A stretch of DNA of 64,000 nt from Fastidiosipila sp. (GTDB lineage: Bacteria > Bacillota > Clostridia > Saccharofermentanales > DTU023): NCBI GenBank assembly GCA_012511175.1, contig JAAZGO010000027.1, positions 7,974 through 71,973 on the forward strand. Reading direction: 5' to 3'. Shown piece after piece: positions 26,498 through 35,016 of this stretch (positions are counted from its first letter, which is position 1; every line of letters starts with the position of its first letter). Position numbers and translations under genes: made by a program. The notes beneath the pieces are model-generated. The model worked only from the letters and a program-made list of their open reading frames with translations. It had not been told where the DNA came from and ran no database searches.

Positions 26498-29010
26498 TCG
26501 AAGTTCTGCCAGAAGTCACGGATCATCTCCAGGCATTGGTCCCTGTCTTCGACGTGGCGGGCATTCCAGTCGTCGGGGATTAGTTGGAGGTAATCGGGCC
26601 TGCCGTATCGGTCGTCGATCAGAAGCACAATCCCAAAATCATCTTCACTTCGGATCAAACGGCCGGCTGCCTGGGTCACACGGTTGAAGCCAGGCCACAT
26701 GTAGGCGTATTCAAAACCATTGCCCGATTTTGCGTCATAGTACTGGCTGAGCAGATCGCGCTCCGGCGACAGGCCCGGGATACCGGTTCCGATCACCATA
26801 ACGCCGGTCAATTCCTCCCCGACCAGATCGATCCCCTCGTTGAACAAGGACCCTAGGACCGTCAGACCCACCAGAGAATTTTCTCTTTCTTGACCCCGGA
26901 AATAGGCCAGATATTTCTCTTTTTGCCCTTCCGTCATACCGGACGGCTGGACAAGGAAATCGATGCCCTTGTTTTCAATATGGCTCAAGGCACGGACCAG
27001 CTGGCTCTGGTAGGCAAAAGAAGGGGAAAAAACCAGGTAATGGCCTTTCCGCAGAAGGGCTGCCTCACAGACAAGTTTAGCCACCTCCGGCAGGGTTCGG
27101 GCTCGATCGGTGTAGCGGATGGAATAGGCTTCAAAACAGATGGTGAGCCGCCGCTCTTTGGGGAAAGGTGATGGCAGGCGGATCACCTCCGGTTTGTCGG
27201 TGGCTGAGCGTGCGTCAAGCAGGGTCAGATAATAGGGAAGGGGGGACAAAGTGGCTGAGAAAAAGACAACAGGCGACTGGTTCCGGTATATGTCAGTCAG
27301 GTGAGAAGATGCGTCCAGGGCCAAGAGGGTGAGGTCAAGGTCTGCTTCACCCGCCGGCCGCCAGGTGGTGATGTAGCTGTCATTGTAATAGCGCTCGGCA
27401 ACCCTCAAAAAAAAGATCAGGTCAAAGTAGGGAACCATCATGGATCTTCGCCCGGGGAAATCAGGGTAATCAGTCAGATAACGTGTAAGCAAAGAAGAGG
27501 CGGACGATACCTGCTCGAGCAGGCGTGGGGGAGTGACCCGGGTCGCCAGGAATTGCTGTCGGAGAACAGGCTGGTAAGTGGCGGCTTCCTGGACCAGCTC
27601 ATTTTCAGGAGGCAGTTCTTTTGCCGTCAGAAGCGGCCGGAAGCGGTCCATTTGCTCAACCAGCCGGTCCAGGCTGCCGCAAACCTGGCGGTTAAGCCGG
27701 CCCTGTTCGCCGGGTTCGGTCACATGCCCGGCCATGACATTTTTTATGGCTGTGACTTGGGATCTTGATATGACAGCGGAAAACATCTCACGTGAGCGCC
27801 TGGCCAGGTTATGAGCTTCGTCGACCAGCAGGGTGTAGGCCTGGCCGGGCTCGTCCAGCCAGCCATGAAGGCGTACCCTGGGGTTGAAGAGGTAGTTGTA
27901 ATCGCAGATCACGACATCAACGGTAGGCAGCAGGCTGAGCGACAGCTCGAAGGGGCATAGCGAAAATTCCCGGGCCAGGGAAAGAACATCCTCCGGAGTC
28001 AGTCGCCTGATGCCGTAGCTTTTTTTCAGGGCGTCCCGCAAATGATCATGGTAGCGAACGGCAAAAGGGCAGACTTTCATATCACAGAAATGACCGGGCG
28101 ACAGGCACATCTGTTCCTTGGCGCGTACGGTAAGCGAGCGGATGTAAGATCCCGCCCTTTCCAGATCGTCCAGGCTGTCTTCGGCAACCCCCCGCTGAGA
28201 ACGCGTCGGTGTCAGATAAAAAAGATAATCGGTCAGTCCGTTTGCCTGAGCCTTGATGGCAGGATACAGGGCCGCCATGGTTTTGCCGATGCCGGTCGGA
28301 GCCTGTACGAAGAGGACGGTGCGGTCGCGGACAGCGGCGATCACTTCCTGCATCATGGATCTTTGGCCCTCCCGCAATTGTCCATAGGGAAAGGAGGCCT
28401 TCCTGTTGGCCTCGTCACGCATCCGGCGGTGCAGGTAGAGGGGGCGCGCCAGTTCTGTGTAGTCGGCGCAGATGGCCAGGTATTGTTCCCCAAGTTCCTC
28501 CCGTGTCCAGGGGCGCCTGATCGTGAAGAAACTGCCGTCATCGATTGAGATGTAACGGAGCTCGACTTCGATTTCGGCCGGAGCCAACCCTTTTTCTGAG
28601 AAAAAATCACCGCTGAGAAGAAGATGGGCGTATAGGAGGGCCTGGGCAAGATGGGCGGGGTCGCCTTCCCGGGGGATTGAGGCGGCATTGCCGCGGAAGC
28701 TTTTCAGCTCAGCTAAAGTAACGCTGTCACCCGGACCCAGGGCGACCAGGTCACAGCGCCCCTGCAGTTGAAGGTCGAAAGGCAGTCCTTCTGCCCGGTA
28801 GCATCCGCTAAGGGGCAGTTCGGTGAGAATTTCCCGGCCTGGAAAGTAATGGTCTGCACGCTCGAAGAAATCCTGATGGGCGCGCGTGCCTTCAAGGCCG
28901 GTGACACCGGCGTAAAGCGGGCCGGACAGACCTCCGTACCGGCGGGCTGATTCAGCCAGGTCGCGGACGGCAACCGACAGGACGGGTTTGTTTTGCTTGT
29001 TTGGGTCCAA
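26494..29010 (-). CDS. PD-(D/E)XK (RecB-like) nuclease domain fused to XPD/DinG-type Fe-S DNA helicase
   Basis: The N-terminal ~200 aa carry 'GRCDLV', 'LAELKS' and 'QALLYAHLL' (D...ExK...QxxxY). Then come Walker A 'APTGIGKTMA', the Cys cluster 'CLSPGHFCDMKVCPF...LCPFE', the DEAH box 'VDEAHNL' and helicase C motifs. TTG start after an AGGTGA RBS. Confidence 0.85.
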   Translation of the reverse strand: MDPNKQNKPVLSVAVRDLAESARRYGGLSGPLYAGVTGLEGTRAHQDFFERADHYFPGREILTELPLSGCYRAEGLPFDLQLQGRCDLVALGPGDSVTLAELKSFRGNAASIPREGDPAHLAQALLYAHLLLSGDFFSEKGLAPAEIEVELRYISIDDGSFFTIRRPWTREELGEQYLAICADYTELARPLYLHRRMRDEANRKASFPYGQLREGQRSMMQEVIAAVRDRTVLFVQAPTGIGKTMAALYPAIKAQANGLTDYLFYLTPTRSQRGVAEDSLDDLERAGSYIRSLTVRAKEQMCLSPGHFCDMKVCPFAVRYHDHLRDALKKSYGIRRLTPEDVLSLAREFSLCPFELSLSLLPTVDVVICDYNYLFNPRVRLHGWLDEPGQAYTLLVDEAHNLARRSREMFSAVISRSQVTAIKNVMAGHVTEPGEQGRLNRQVCGSLDRLVEQMDRFRPLLTAKELPPENELVQEAATYQPVLRQQFLATRVTPPRLLEQVSSASSLLTRYLTDYPDFPGRRSMMVPYFDLIFFLRVAERYYNDSYITTWRPAGEADLDLTLLALDASSHLTDIYRNQSPVVFFSATLSPLPYYLTLLDARSATDKPEVIRLPSPFPKERRLTICFEAYSIRYTDRARTLPEVAKLVCEAALLRKGHYLVFSPSFAYQSQLVRALSHIENKGIDFLVQPSGMTEGQKEKYLAYFRGQERENSLVGLTVLGSLFNEGIDLVGEELTGVMVIGTGIPGLSPERDLLSQYYDAKSGNGFEYAYMWPGFNRVTQAAGRLIRSEDDFGIVLLIDDRYGRPDYLQLIPDDWNARHVEDRDQCLEMIRDFWQNFD

Positions 29011-29057
29011 AGGCTTTCACCTGCTCCAGTTCAACCGTTAGCCGGCATCCAGGATTC

Positions 29058-29066
29058 ATCATAGCA
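29058..29066 (-). promoter_or_regulatory. Possible extended -10 promoter (TGCTATGAT) for the nuclease-helicase gene
   Basis: The minus strand reads TGCTATGAT about 45 nt upstream of the TTG start. No good -35 element. Confidence 0.3.
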
Positions 29067-29100
29067 AATGAAGGAGATTGTCCCTCTTTTCCGGCGGCCA

Positions 29101-29946
29101 TCATCGCTTCAGCGCCGCAAGTGAAATATGCCAGTCTGGTCCCGCGCCGATCTTGTGAACCCGGGTGATATTTTTTTCCCTCAAAGCGATCTGTATCGTG
29201 GCGGTCGCGCCGACAAAGAGGACCGGATCACCTCTTTTCACATAGCCGAAGGACTTTTGGAAAGGAACGGAGGCGCTGTAGACAAGATCCTGTCCATGGG
29301 AGATTTCGACCGAAAAGACGTCCCCGTAGCGAACGCCGTGATCCAGAAACATGGTGTCCGGTATATTACTGCTGACCAGACCGAAGTAAGGGCCTGAACT
29401 TTCGATAATTCCCGTGAAGATTCCCTCCCGGTAAAGCGGCGGATCAAAGGGAATGACGACGATTTCGTCCGTCGGATAGGCGGGGCCCACGCCTTCAAAT
29501 CCAATGACACCCGAGGCCAGCCGGACGGCCGTGTAAGCGAAGACATCGCGGCCGTGGAAGATATGACAAGTCAGCGTGTGGGGCCAGCGGTTGACATCCA
29601 TATCGATTTCCCTGACCGCCCGGATCCCGACTGATCTCAGGAGGTGGGACAGGGAACCGTTGTCGGGCGTTATCACATACTGTCCATTGGCCAGGAGGGC
29701 GACGCAGCCGCGCCGGTCGGTTCCGACGCCGGGATCGACGACGGAGACAAAGATGGTGCCTTCAGGCCAGAAGGGTACTGTATTTTTCAGCATATGGGAA
29801 GCCTCGAAGATGTCGAAGGGCGGGATGCTGTGGGTCAGGTCGAAGACTTTGACTTCCGGGTCGACTGACTGGCAGACTCCGTACATGGTCGCGACGGCAC
29901 TTGAGTTGCGGGAGAAATCAGTTTGGATGACAATGGCCGGTTTCAT
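29101..29946 (-). CDS. SAM hydrolase / SAM-dependent halogenase family protein (DUF62, SAM hydroxide adenosyltransferase-like)
   Basis: 'MKPAIVIQTDF', 'DLTHSIPPFDI', 'VSVVDPGVGTDRR' and 'ITPDNG' motifs. The ATG at 29946 forms an ATGA overlap with the ECF T-component stop. Confidence 0.85.
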   Translation of the reverse strand: MKPAIVIQTDFSRNSSAVATMYGVCQSVDPEVKVFDLTHSIPPFDIFEASHMLKNTVPFWPEGTIFVSVVDPGVGTDRRGCVALLANGQYVITPDNGSLSHLLRSVGIRAVREIDMDVNRWPHTLTCHIFHGRDVFAYTAVRLASGVIGFEGVGPAYPTDEIVVIPFDPPLYREGIFTGIIESSGPYFGLVSSNIPDTMFLDHGVRYGDVFSVEISHGQDLVYSASVPFQKSFGYVKRGDPVLFVGATATIQIALREKNITRVHKIGAGPDWHISLAALKR

Positions 29947-30827
29947 GGCAGTATTCTCCAGTTGTAGGTCGTAAGATCGTTGTAGGGATACCACATCTCG
30001 GGATTGTGCGGGTTGAAAAGCCGCATCAGGGTGAAGTAAACCGTTGCCAGCAAAAAGAGCAGGCCAACAAATTGAACAATACGATCAGCTCTTCCAGGCG
30101 GCCGCTCGGAATACCAGCTGCGCTTTTTTAATCTTCCGAAACCACGCAAATCCATGGCATTGGCAATGTCGCCGACTTTGGAAAATGAGGTAAAAATGAG
30201 GGGAACGATAATCAGCAAAGAAGATTTAATCCGACGGAAAATGGAAGCCTTGCGCTTGTCGGTCTCGCTGCCCCTGGCCTGGGCGCTGACGGAGATGTCC
30301 TTGTAGTCACGCAAAAGGTCGGGGATGTAGCGGAAAGCCAGTTCCACAATGATGCAAAAGCGGTAGGGGAGCCGCAGGGAGCTCAGCCCCGCTGCAAATT
30401 CCGATGGAGTGATCGACAGGATAAAGGCCATGCAAAGCAGGAAGGTGGCCATCATCTTGGAGAAACGGACACCGAAATACCAGAGGGTCTCGTAGCCCAA
30501 AACGTAGCGGCCGGAGATGGAGCCAAACTGGGTGAAGGTGCCGGTCCAGATTTCGCCGATGGTGGGATTGAAAAGGAAAAACAGGACCAGATTGAAGAGG
30601 TTCATCAGGGTTACAACCGTGAAGACGAAACGGATGGGTTTCCAGTAGGGCCTGGTGGAGACGATGCCGGCCGCGAAAAGAAACAGAAGCGGCAGGATGA
30701 TTCGGATGTCCCATACGGCGATGAGGAAGGCGATCAGGCAGAGGAAAAAGCGGACCTTGGTGGTCCCGGTCAGCTGGTGCAAAGGCGTGTCACCCAAGGT
30801 GAAATTGATGATGAATTTATCTTCCAT
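29943..30827 (-). CDS. ECF transporter transmembrane (T) component (EcfT/CbiQ family)
   Basis: 294 aa, polytopic, with the EcfT-like coupling-helix region 'ELAFRYIPDLLRDYKDISVSAQARG'. Overlaps the ATPase gene end by 11 nt. Confidence 0.86.
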   Translation of the reverse strand: MEDKFIINFTLGDTPLHQLTGTTKVRFFLCLIAFLIAVWDIRIILPLLFLFAAGIVSTRPYWKPIRFVFTVVTLMNLFNLVLFFLFNPTIGEIWTGTFTQFGSISGRYVLGYETLWYFGVRFSKMMATFLLCMAFILSITPSEFAAGLSSLRLPYRFCIIVELAFRYIPDLLRDYKDISVSAQARGSETDKRKASIFRRIKSSLLIIVPLIFTSFSKVGDIANAMDLRGFGRLKKRSWYSERPPGRADRIVQFVGLLFLLATVYFTLMRLFNPHNPEMWYPYNDLTTYNWRILP

Positions 30828-32553
30828 TGGCCCTCACCGCCTTCTCATAGGCGACAAAATGCCGGATCACCTGGCGAGGTTCCAGGCCGATCTTGGTTGC
30901 CAGGGTATAAAGCGAGGTCTGTTTCAAGCTGGCTTTGCTGATGATCCCGTCATCGCTCAAGACCTCAAAAACGCTGCTGTCAGCAATGATTTCAGCCTTG
31001 GCGAAAACGATGGCCCGGTCGGTGAATTCAATGGCCAGATGCATGTCGTGGGTGATGAAAAGGATCGTCTTGCCGTAGTCCCGGTTCAGGGTGAGGATAA
31101 ATTCCATGATGGCAGTGTAGTTGTGGTAATCCTGGCCGGCAGTCGGTTCATCGAGGATGATGGCATCGGGCTCGAGCGCCAGAATGGCTGCGATCGTGAT
31201 TCGTTTCTTCTGCCCGTAGCTGACTGCGTCAACGGGCCAGTGGCGCATGGTGTAAAGCCGGCACATGCGAAGGGCCTTTTCAACACGCTTGTCGATCTCA
31301 TCTTCCGACATACCGCGCAGGGTCAGGGCCAAAGCCACTTCCTCCTTGATGATGCTTTTCACGATCATCTGGTTGGGGTTTTGCATGACGTAGCCGATGC
31401 GTTCGCCAATCTCGCGGATGGACAGGGTCAGGTAGCTTTTGCCGTCAATCTCGACCGTCCCTGCCTGTGGCCGGCTGATGCCGCAGATCATGCGGGCAAA
31501 GGTTGTTTTGCCTGCTCCGTTCTCGCCGATCAGAGAAACAATTTCTCCTTTGTGGATGACGCAGTTGACCCGGTCAAGGGCATTGGGGAGTTTTGAGGAA
31601 TAGGTGAAGGAGGCTTCGGTCACCCGGATCAATTCTTCTTTCCCTGCTTCAATGGATGAGGGAGCTTCTTTTTGGAAGAAATGGATCAGTTTGTCCCTGT
31701 TTCCCGGCGTAATTGTCATCCCGCTGACATGGGACAGGATATCCTCCTCGTCAAGATTGCAGCCTGCGTATTTCATGGCTGTGATGTAAAGGGGCTCGCG
31801 GATTCCATGAGCCAGCAGATCGTAGCGGCGCAGCAGGTCTTCCGGCGTCGTATCCAGGATGATTCTTCCCCCGTCGATCAGGATGATGCGATCAACCGGC
31901 CGGTAGAGGACATCTTCCAGGCGGTGTTCAATGATGAGTACGGTCTTGCGTTCGCTGCGGCAGATCCGGTCGATCAGGTCAACGGCAATCATCCCCATTT
32001 GCGGGTCCAGCGAGGCCAGGGGCTCATCGAAGAGGAGGACCCGGACATCCTCGTGCATGACCCCTGCCAGGGCAACCTTTTGTTTCTGTCCACCGGACAG
32101 TTTGTAGGGGAGATGGTTCAAGAAGGATTCCATACCCACGATGGAGGCGCTTTTCTCGACCAGAGGGATCATCCGGTCCCGCGGCATATTCATGTTTTCC
32201 AGGGCAAAGGCGATATCTTCACCAACACTGAGCCCCACAAACTGTGCGTCCGAGTCCTGGAGAACCGTCCCGACAAGGGCGGAAAGCTGATTGAGATCAC
32301 AGTCACGCGTTTCCATGCCGGCCACTTTCAGGGAGCCTTCGATCTTCCCGGGAATTGAAACGGGTATCAGGCCGTTGATGCAGTTTGCCAGGGTTGATTT
32401 GCCACTTCCGGAAGGGCCAAGGAGCAAAATCTTCTCGCCTTCATAAATGGTCAGATTGATATCAAACAAGGTTGGCTTGCTTTGGACTTTGTATTGAAAG
32501 GAGAAATCCTTGAACTCGATGACCGGTTTTTTTCCGCCGTCCATAACAGTCAT
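30817..32553 (-). CDS. ECF transporter duplicated ATPase (fused A-A' components)
   Basis: Two complete ABC cassettes: Walker A 'GPSGSGKST' and 'GENGAGKTT', signatures 'LSGGQKQKVALA' and 'VSYGQKKRITIA', Walker B 'LLFDEP' and 'IILDEP'. Start placed at the ATG at 32553 (MTVMDGGKKPVIEF). Confidence 0.9.
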   Translation of the reverse strand: MTVMDGGKKPVIEFKDFSFQYKVQSKPTLFDINLTIYEGEKILLLGPSGSGKSTLANCINGLIPVSIPGKIEGSLKVAGMETRDCDLNQLSALVGTVLQDSDAQFVGLSVGEDIAFALENMNMPRDRMIPLVEKSASIVGMESFLNHLPYKLSGGQKQKVALAGVMHEDVRVLLFDEPLASLDPQMGMIAVDLIDRICRSERKTVLIIEHRLEDVLYRPVDRIILIDGGRIILDTTPEDLLRRYDLLAHGIREPLYITAMKYAGCNLDEEDILSHVSGMTITPGNRDKLIHFFQKEAPSSIEAGKEELIRVTEASFTYSSKLPNALDRVNCVIHKGEIVSLIGENGAGKTTFARMICGISRPQAGTVEIDGKSYLTLSIREIGERIGYVMQNPNQMIVKSIIKEEVALALTLRGMSEDEIDKRVEKALRMCRLYTMRHWPVDAVSYGQKKRITIAAILALEPDAIILDEPTAGQDYHNYTAIMEFILTLNRDYGKTILFITHDMHLAIEFTDRAIVFAKAEIIADSSVFEVLSDDGIISKASLKQTSLYTLATKIGLEPRQVIRHFVAYEKAVRANGR

Positions 32554-32596
32554 TTTAAAGCAGACTGCCCCGCTTGCAGCAGGGCAGCCTTCACGC

Positions 32597-33193
32597 TTAC
32601 TCTTCGTCGCTTTCTGTCTCTCGCAGATTGGTGCGGGCTCCGAAGCGGTTGGCCATGAGAGCCAGGATGGGAATGCCCAGCACAATCAGGATGGCGATAT
32701 TGGCAATGGACGCCACCAGACCCTGGGTGATCGATGTTTGAAGTTCCCCGGCGTACATCACCATGGTCAGTAGCGGGGTGACGGCGGCAAAGGCGACGAC
32801 AACACCGACCGCAACCGTGATGGCATAGATGATGGCATGCTTGACCTTGAAGATGCCGTCCATGATGTAAGCGCCGTAAACGGGGAGCAGGCCGACGAAA
32901 AAGCCCATGACGGCATTGCCGATGGACCAGTCAAACCACAAGCCCCAGCCTCCGATCAGATCGGCGATGACATTGCCGAGGAAGAGGGCGATGGCCGTTG
33001 GAAAGGCGCCGGTCAGGGCTCCGACAAAAATGGGAACCAGAAGAGCAGTAGACAGCTGTGTGTTGGTGAAGACCGGAATCCCGCCATAGATCATCAGTAC
33101 ACCGTAAAGCGCTGCTCCGATCGCAACAGTGACGATGGTCCGGGTTTTTTTCCAGTCCCCGAAAATTTTCTTTGCCAGGCTTAAATCCTTCAT
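32597..33193 (-). CDS. ECF transporter substrate-specific (S) component, unknown substrate
   Basis: 198 aa, about 6 TM helices, small and hydrophobic, with 'GNVIADLIGGWGLWFDWSIGN'. First gene of the S-AA'-T order. AAGGAGGA RBS. Confidence 0.75.
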   Translation of the reverse strand: MKDLSLAKKIFGDWKKTRTIVTVAIGAALYGVLMIYGGIPVFTNTQLSTALLVPIFVGALTGAFPTAIALFLGNVIADLIGGWGLWFDWSIGNAVMGFFVGLLPVYGAYIMDGIFKVKHAIIYAITVAVGVVVAFAAVTPLLTMVMYAGELQTSITQGLVASIANIAILIVLGIPILALMANRFGARTNLRETESDEE

Positions 33194-33228
33194 ACGAATC
33201 CTCCTTTGTCTTCGGAAACTCTTGTTTG

Positions 33229-33236
33229 ATTATACA
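33229..33236 (-). promoter_or_regulatory. Possible extended -10 promoter (TGTATAAT) for the ECF operon
   Basis: The minus strand reads CGTGTATAAT about 35 nt upstream of the S-component ATG. Weak -35 element. Confidence 0.35.
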
Positions 33237-33290
33237 CGATAGCGTTTGTTCACAAAAAAAGAGTGCATTGTCAAAGAAATAGGTGAAGAG

Positions 33291-33332
33291 ATAATAAAAC
33301 CGTCATCCGCAGGAGAATCCTTCGGAGGACGG
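33291..33332 (-). terminator. Intrinsic terminator after the tRNA pair
   Basis: The minus strand forms the imperfect 12-bp hairpin CCGTCCTCCGAAGG-ATTCT-CCTGCGGATGACGG, followed by TTTTATTAT. Confidence 0.65.
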
Positions 33333-33340
33333 TCATTAAT

Positions 33341-33428
33341 TGGTGCGGCCAAGAGGACTTGAACCTCCACCGGGTTTACCCCGACTAGAACCTGAATCTA
33401 GCGCGTCTGCCAATTCCGCCATGGCCGC
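33341..33428 (-). tRNA. tRNA-Leu (anticodon CAG)
   Basis: I folded the reverse complement by hand into a cloverleaf: acceptor GCGGCCA/TGGCCGC, anticodon stem CTAGA/TCTAG with loop TTCAGGT, a long variable arm, T-loop GGTTCAAGTCC, and an encoded CCA. Confidence 0.92.
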
Positions 33429-33432
33429 GTCC

Positions 33433-33507
33433 TGGTGACCCCAAGGAGAGTCGAACTCCTGATTTCGCCGTGAGAGGGCGACGTCTTGACCACTTGACCA
33501 TGGGGCC
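33433..33507 (-). tRNA. tRNA-Glu (anticodon CTC)
   Basis: The reverse complement is 75 nt: acceptor GGCCCCA/TGGGGTC, anticodon stem TCGCC/GGCGA with loop CTCTCAC, T-loop AGTTCGACTCT, and an encoded CCA. Confidence 0.9.
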
Positions 33508-33523
33508 GTCCGCAACGGATTGA

Positions 33524-33552
33524 ATTATAGCATGAGAAAAATGAAGAGGCAA
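33524..33552 (-). promoter_or_regulatory. Sigma-A-type promoter for the tRNA pair (TTGCCT-17 nt-TG-n-TATAAT)
   Basis: On the minus strand: -35 TTGCCT (33552-33547), 17-nt spacer, extended -10 TGCTATAAT (TATAAT = 33529-33524). It lies about 17 nt upstream of the tRNA-Glu 5' end. Confidence 0.6.
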
Positions 33553-33557
33553 CAAGC

Positions 33558-34994
33558 CTATGGCCGGGCGTGCAGTTCTTTCACCAGGTCCTTGAAACAG
33601 CGTCCCCTTTCATCGAAATTCTGAAATTGGTCGTAACTGGTTCCAGCCGGAGAGAGGAGAACAGCATCGCCCGGGCGTGCCAGTGCTTGAGCCATCCGGA
33701 CTGCTTCCCGATAGCTGTCTGCATGGGAAATATGGAGGTCGCCGAAGGGAATGCCGGCAGACGCACTCTCCTCTTTGAGGGCCTGGAGAATCAGGCCGGC
33801 GTTTTGTCCGCAAAGGATGATCCGGCGGCTTGCCTCAACCATGGACCGGCCCAGTCCCTTATAGTCACAGTTCTTGTCCTGGCCGCCTGTGATCAGGATC
33901 AGCGGATCTTTCCGGTCACGGAAAGCCTCCAGTGTCTTTTTCGTCCGATCAGGAGAACTGTCAGCGGAACTGTTAAACCAGCGTACGCCGTCGAGCTCAC
34001 GGATCCACTCCATCCGGTGTTCTACGCCTTTGAACGTCCGGGCGACACTCTTTACCGCCTCGGGCGGGACATCGCCGGCAGTCGCAGCCGCCGCGGCCAG
34101 GATGTTCTCGAGATTGAAAGTTCCGGGCAGGATCACTTCCTGTTCGCTGACCAGGAGATCCGGACTGCTTCCCGGTCTTTGCAGCCAGAGTCGGCCCTCT
34201 TCACGCCAGGCTGTGATAAGCTGGCCGGCCTCTTTCCGGTTGAACCACCGGAGCTCTCCCTTGGCCTCGTTCTGAAAGGATGAGGACAGAGGGTCGTGGG
34301 CGTTGAGAACTAGGATATCCAGGATTCCCTGGGCCCGGTAGATATTTTTTTTGGCCTCTACGTATTCATCAAAATCCCTGTGGAAATCGAGATGGTTGGG
34401 AACGATATGGGTAATGACCGCGCGGTGGATCAAAGGCAGCATGTCCATGAGCTGGAAGCTGGACAGCTCGAGCACCACCCGGTCTGAAGCCTTGATCTTT
34501 TCAATTTGATCCAGAAGAGGCAAGCCGATGTTCCCGCCGGTGAAGACCCGGTGGCCGCCGGCTTCCAGGATGAGGCCGATCAGGGTCGTGGTTGTCGTCT
34601 TTCCATCGCTGCCGGTGACTGCGTAAATGGGAGCCGGGCAAAGCTCGGCAAACAAGGCAATTTCAGATGTAATGACTGCTCCCTTTTGGCGCTCGCGGAT
34701 TAGCTGGCTCAGGTCAGGCTTCATTTTGGGGGTGCGGAAGATCAGATCGAAGCCTGTCAGCTTGTCAAGATAGCTTTCGCCCGTGTGCCAGGTGACCTGG
34801 ACACCCTGTAATGACAAGTTGTCCTGTATGGCTTTAAGCCTTGGGTCAGCGGGATCCATCCTGTCAAATACGGTGATGTCAGAGTTGAGGGGATGGAGCC
34901 ATCTTATCAGGGGACGGTTGCTGATACCGGCACCGATCACAGCGACACGCTTGCCTGAAAGAAATTGCTTGAAATTGTCAAGATTTGTTTTCAT
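33558..34994 (-). CDS. murD: UDP-N-acetylmuramoyl-L-alanine--D-glutamate ligase
   Basis: N-terminal Rossmann 'KRVAVIGAGISN', P-loop 'GSDGKTTTTTL', and Mur ligase middle and C domains. Start placed at the ATG at 34994 (MKTNLDNF). Confidence 0.92.
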   Translation of the reverse strand: MKTNLDNFKQFLSGKRVAVIGAGISNRPLIRWLHPLNSDITVFDRMDPADPRLKAIQDNLSLQGVQVTWHTGESYLDKLTGFDLIFRTPKMKPDLSQLIRERQKGAVITSEIALFAELCPAPIYAVTGSDGKTTTTTLIGLILEAGGHRVFTGGNIGLPLLDQIEKIKASDRVVLELSSFQLMDMLPLIHRAVITHIVPNHLDFHRDFDEYVEAKKNIYRAQGILDILVLNAHDPLSSSFQNEAKGELRWFNRKEAGQLITAWREEGRLWLQRPGSSPDLLVSEQEVILPGTFNLENILAAAAATAGDVPPEAVKSVARTFKGVEHRMEWIRELDGVRWFNSSADSSPDRTKKTLEAFRDRKDPLILITGGQDKNCDYKGLGRSMVEASRRIILCGQNAGLILQALKEESASAGIPFGDLHISHADSYREAVRMAQALARPGDAVLLSPAGTSYDQFQNFDERGRCFKDLVKELHARP

Positions 34995-35016
34995 GACCGA
35001 TAAGCCCCAGCTTTCT

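Noticed and set aside
26494-29010. The nuclease-helicase as a stand-alone phage-defence gene (DinG/Hachiman-like).
   Set aside because: It is a single gene flanked by core metabolism and transport genes. There is no partner gene, no mobile-element or island signature, and no compositional break that I can see. A repair role is the more conservative reading.
33194-33340. A possible SAM (S-box) or other riboswitch upstream of the ECF S-component.
   Set aside because: Only about 100 nt remain between the tRNA terminator and the start codon. That space holds a promoter-like TGTATAAT and the RBS. I could find none of the conserved S-box core sequences or a terminator/antiterminator pair.
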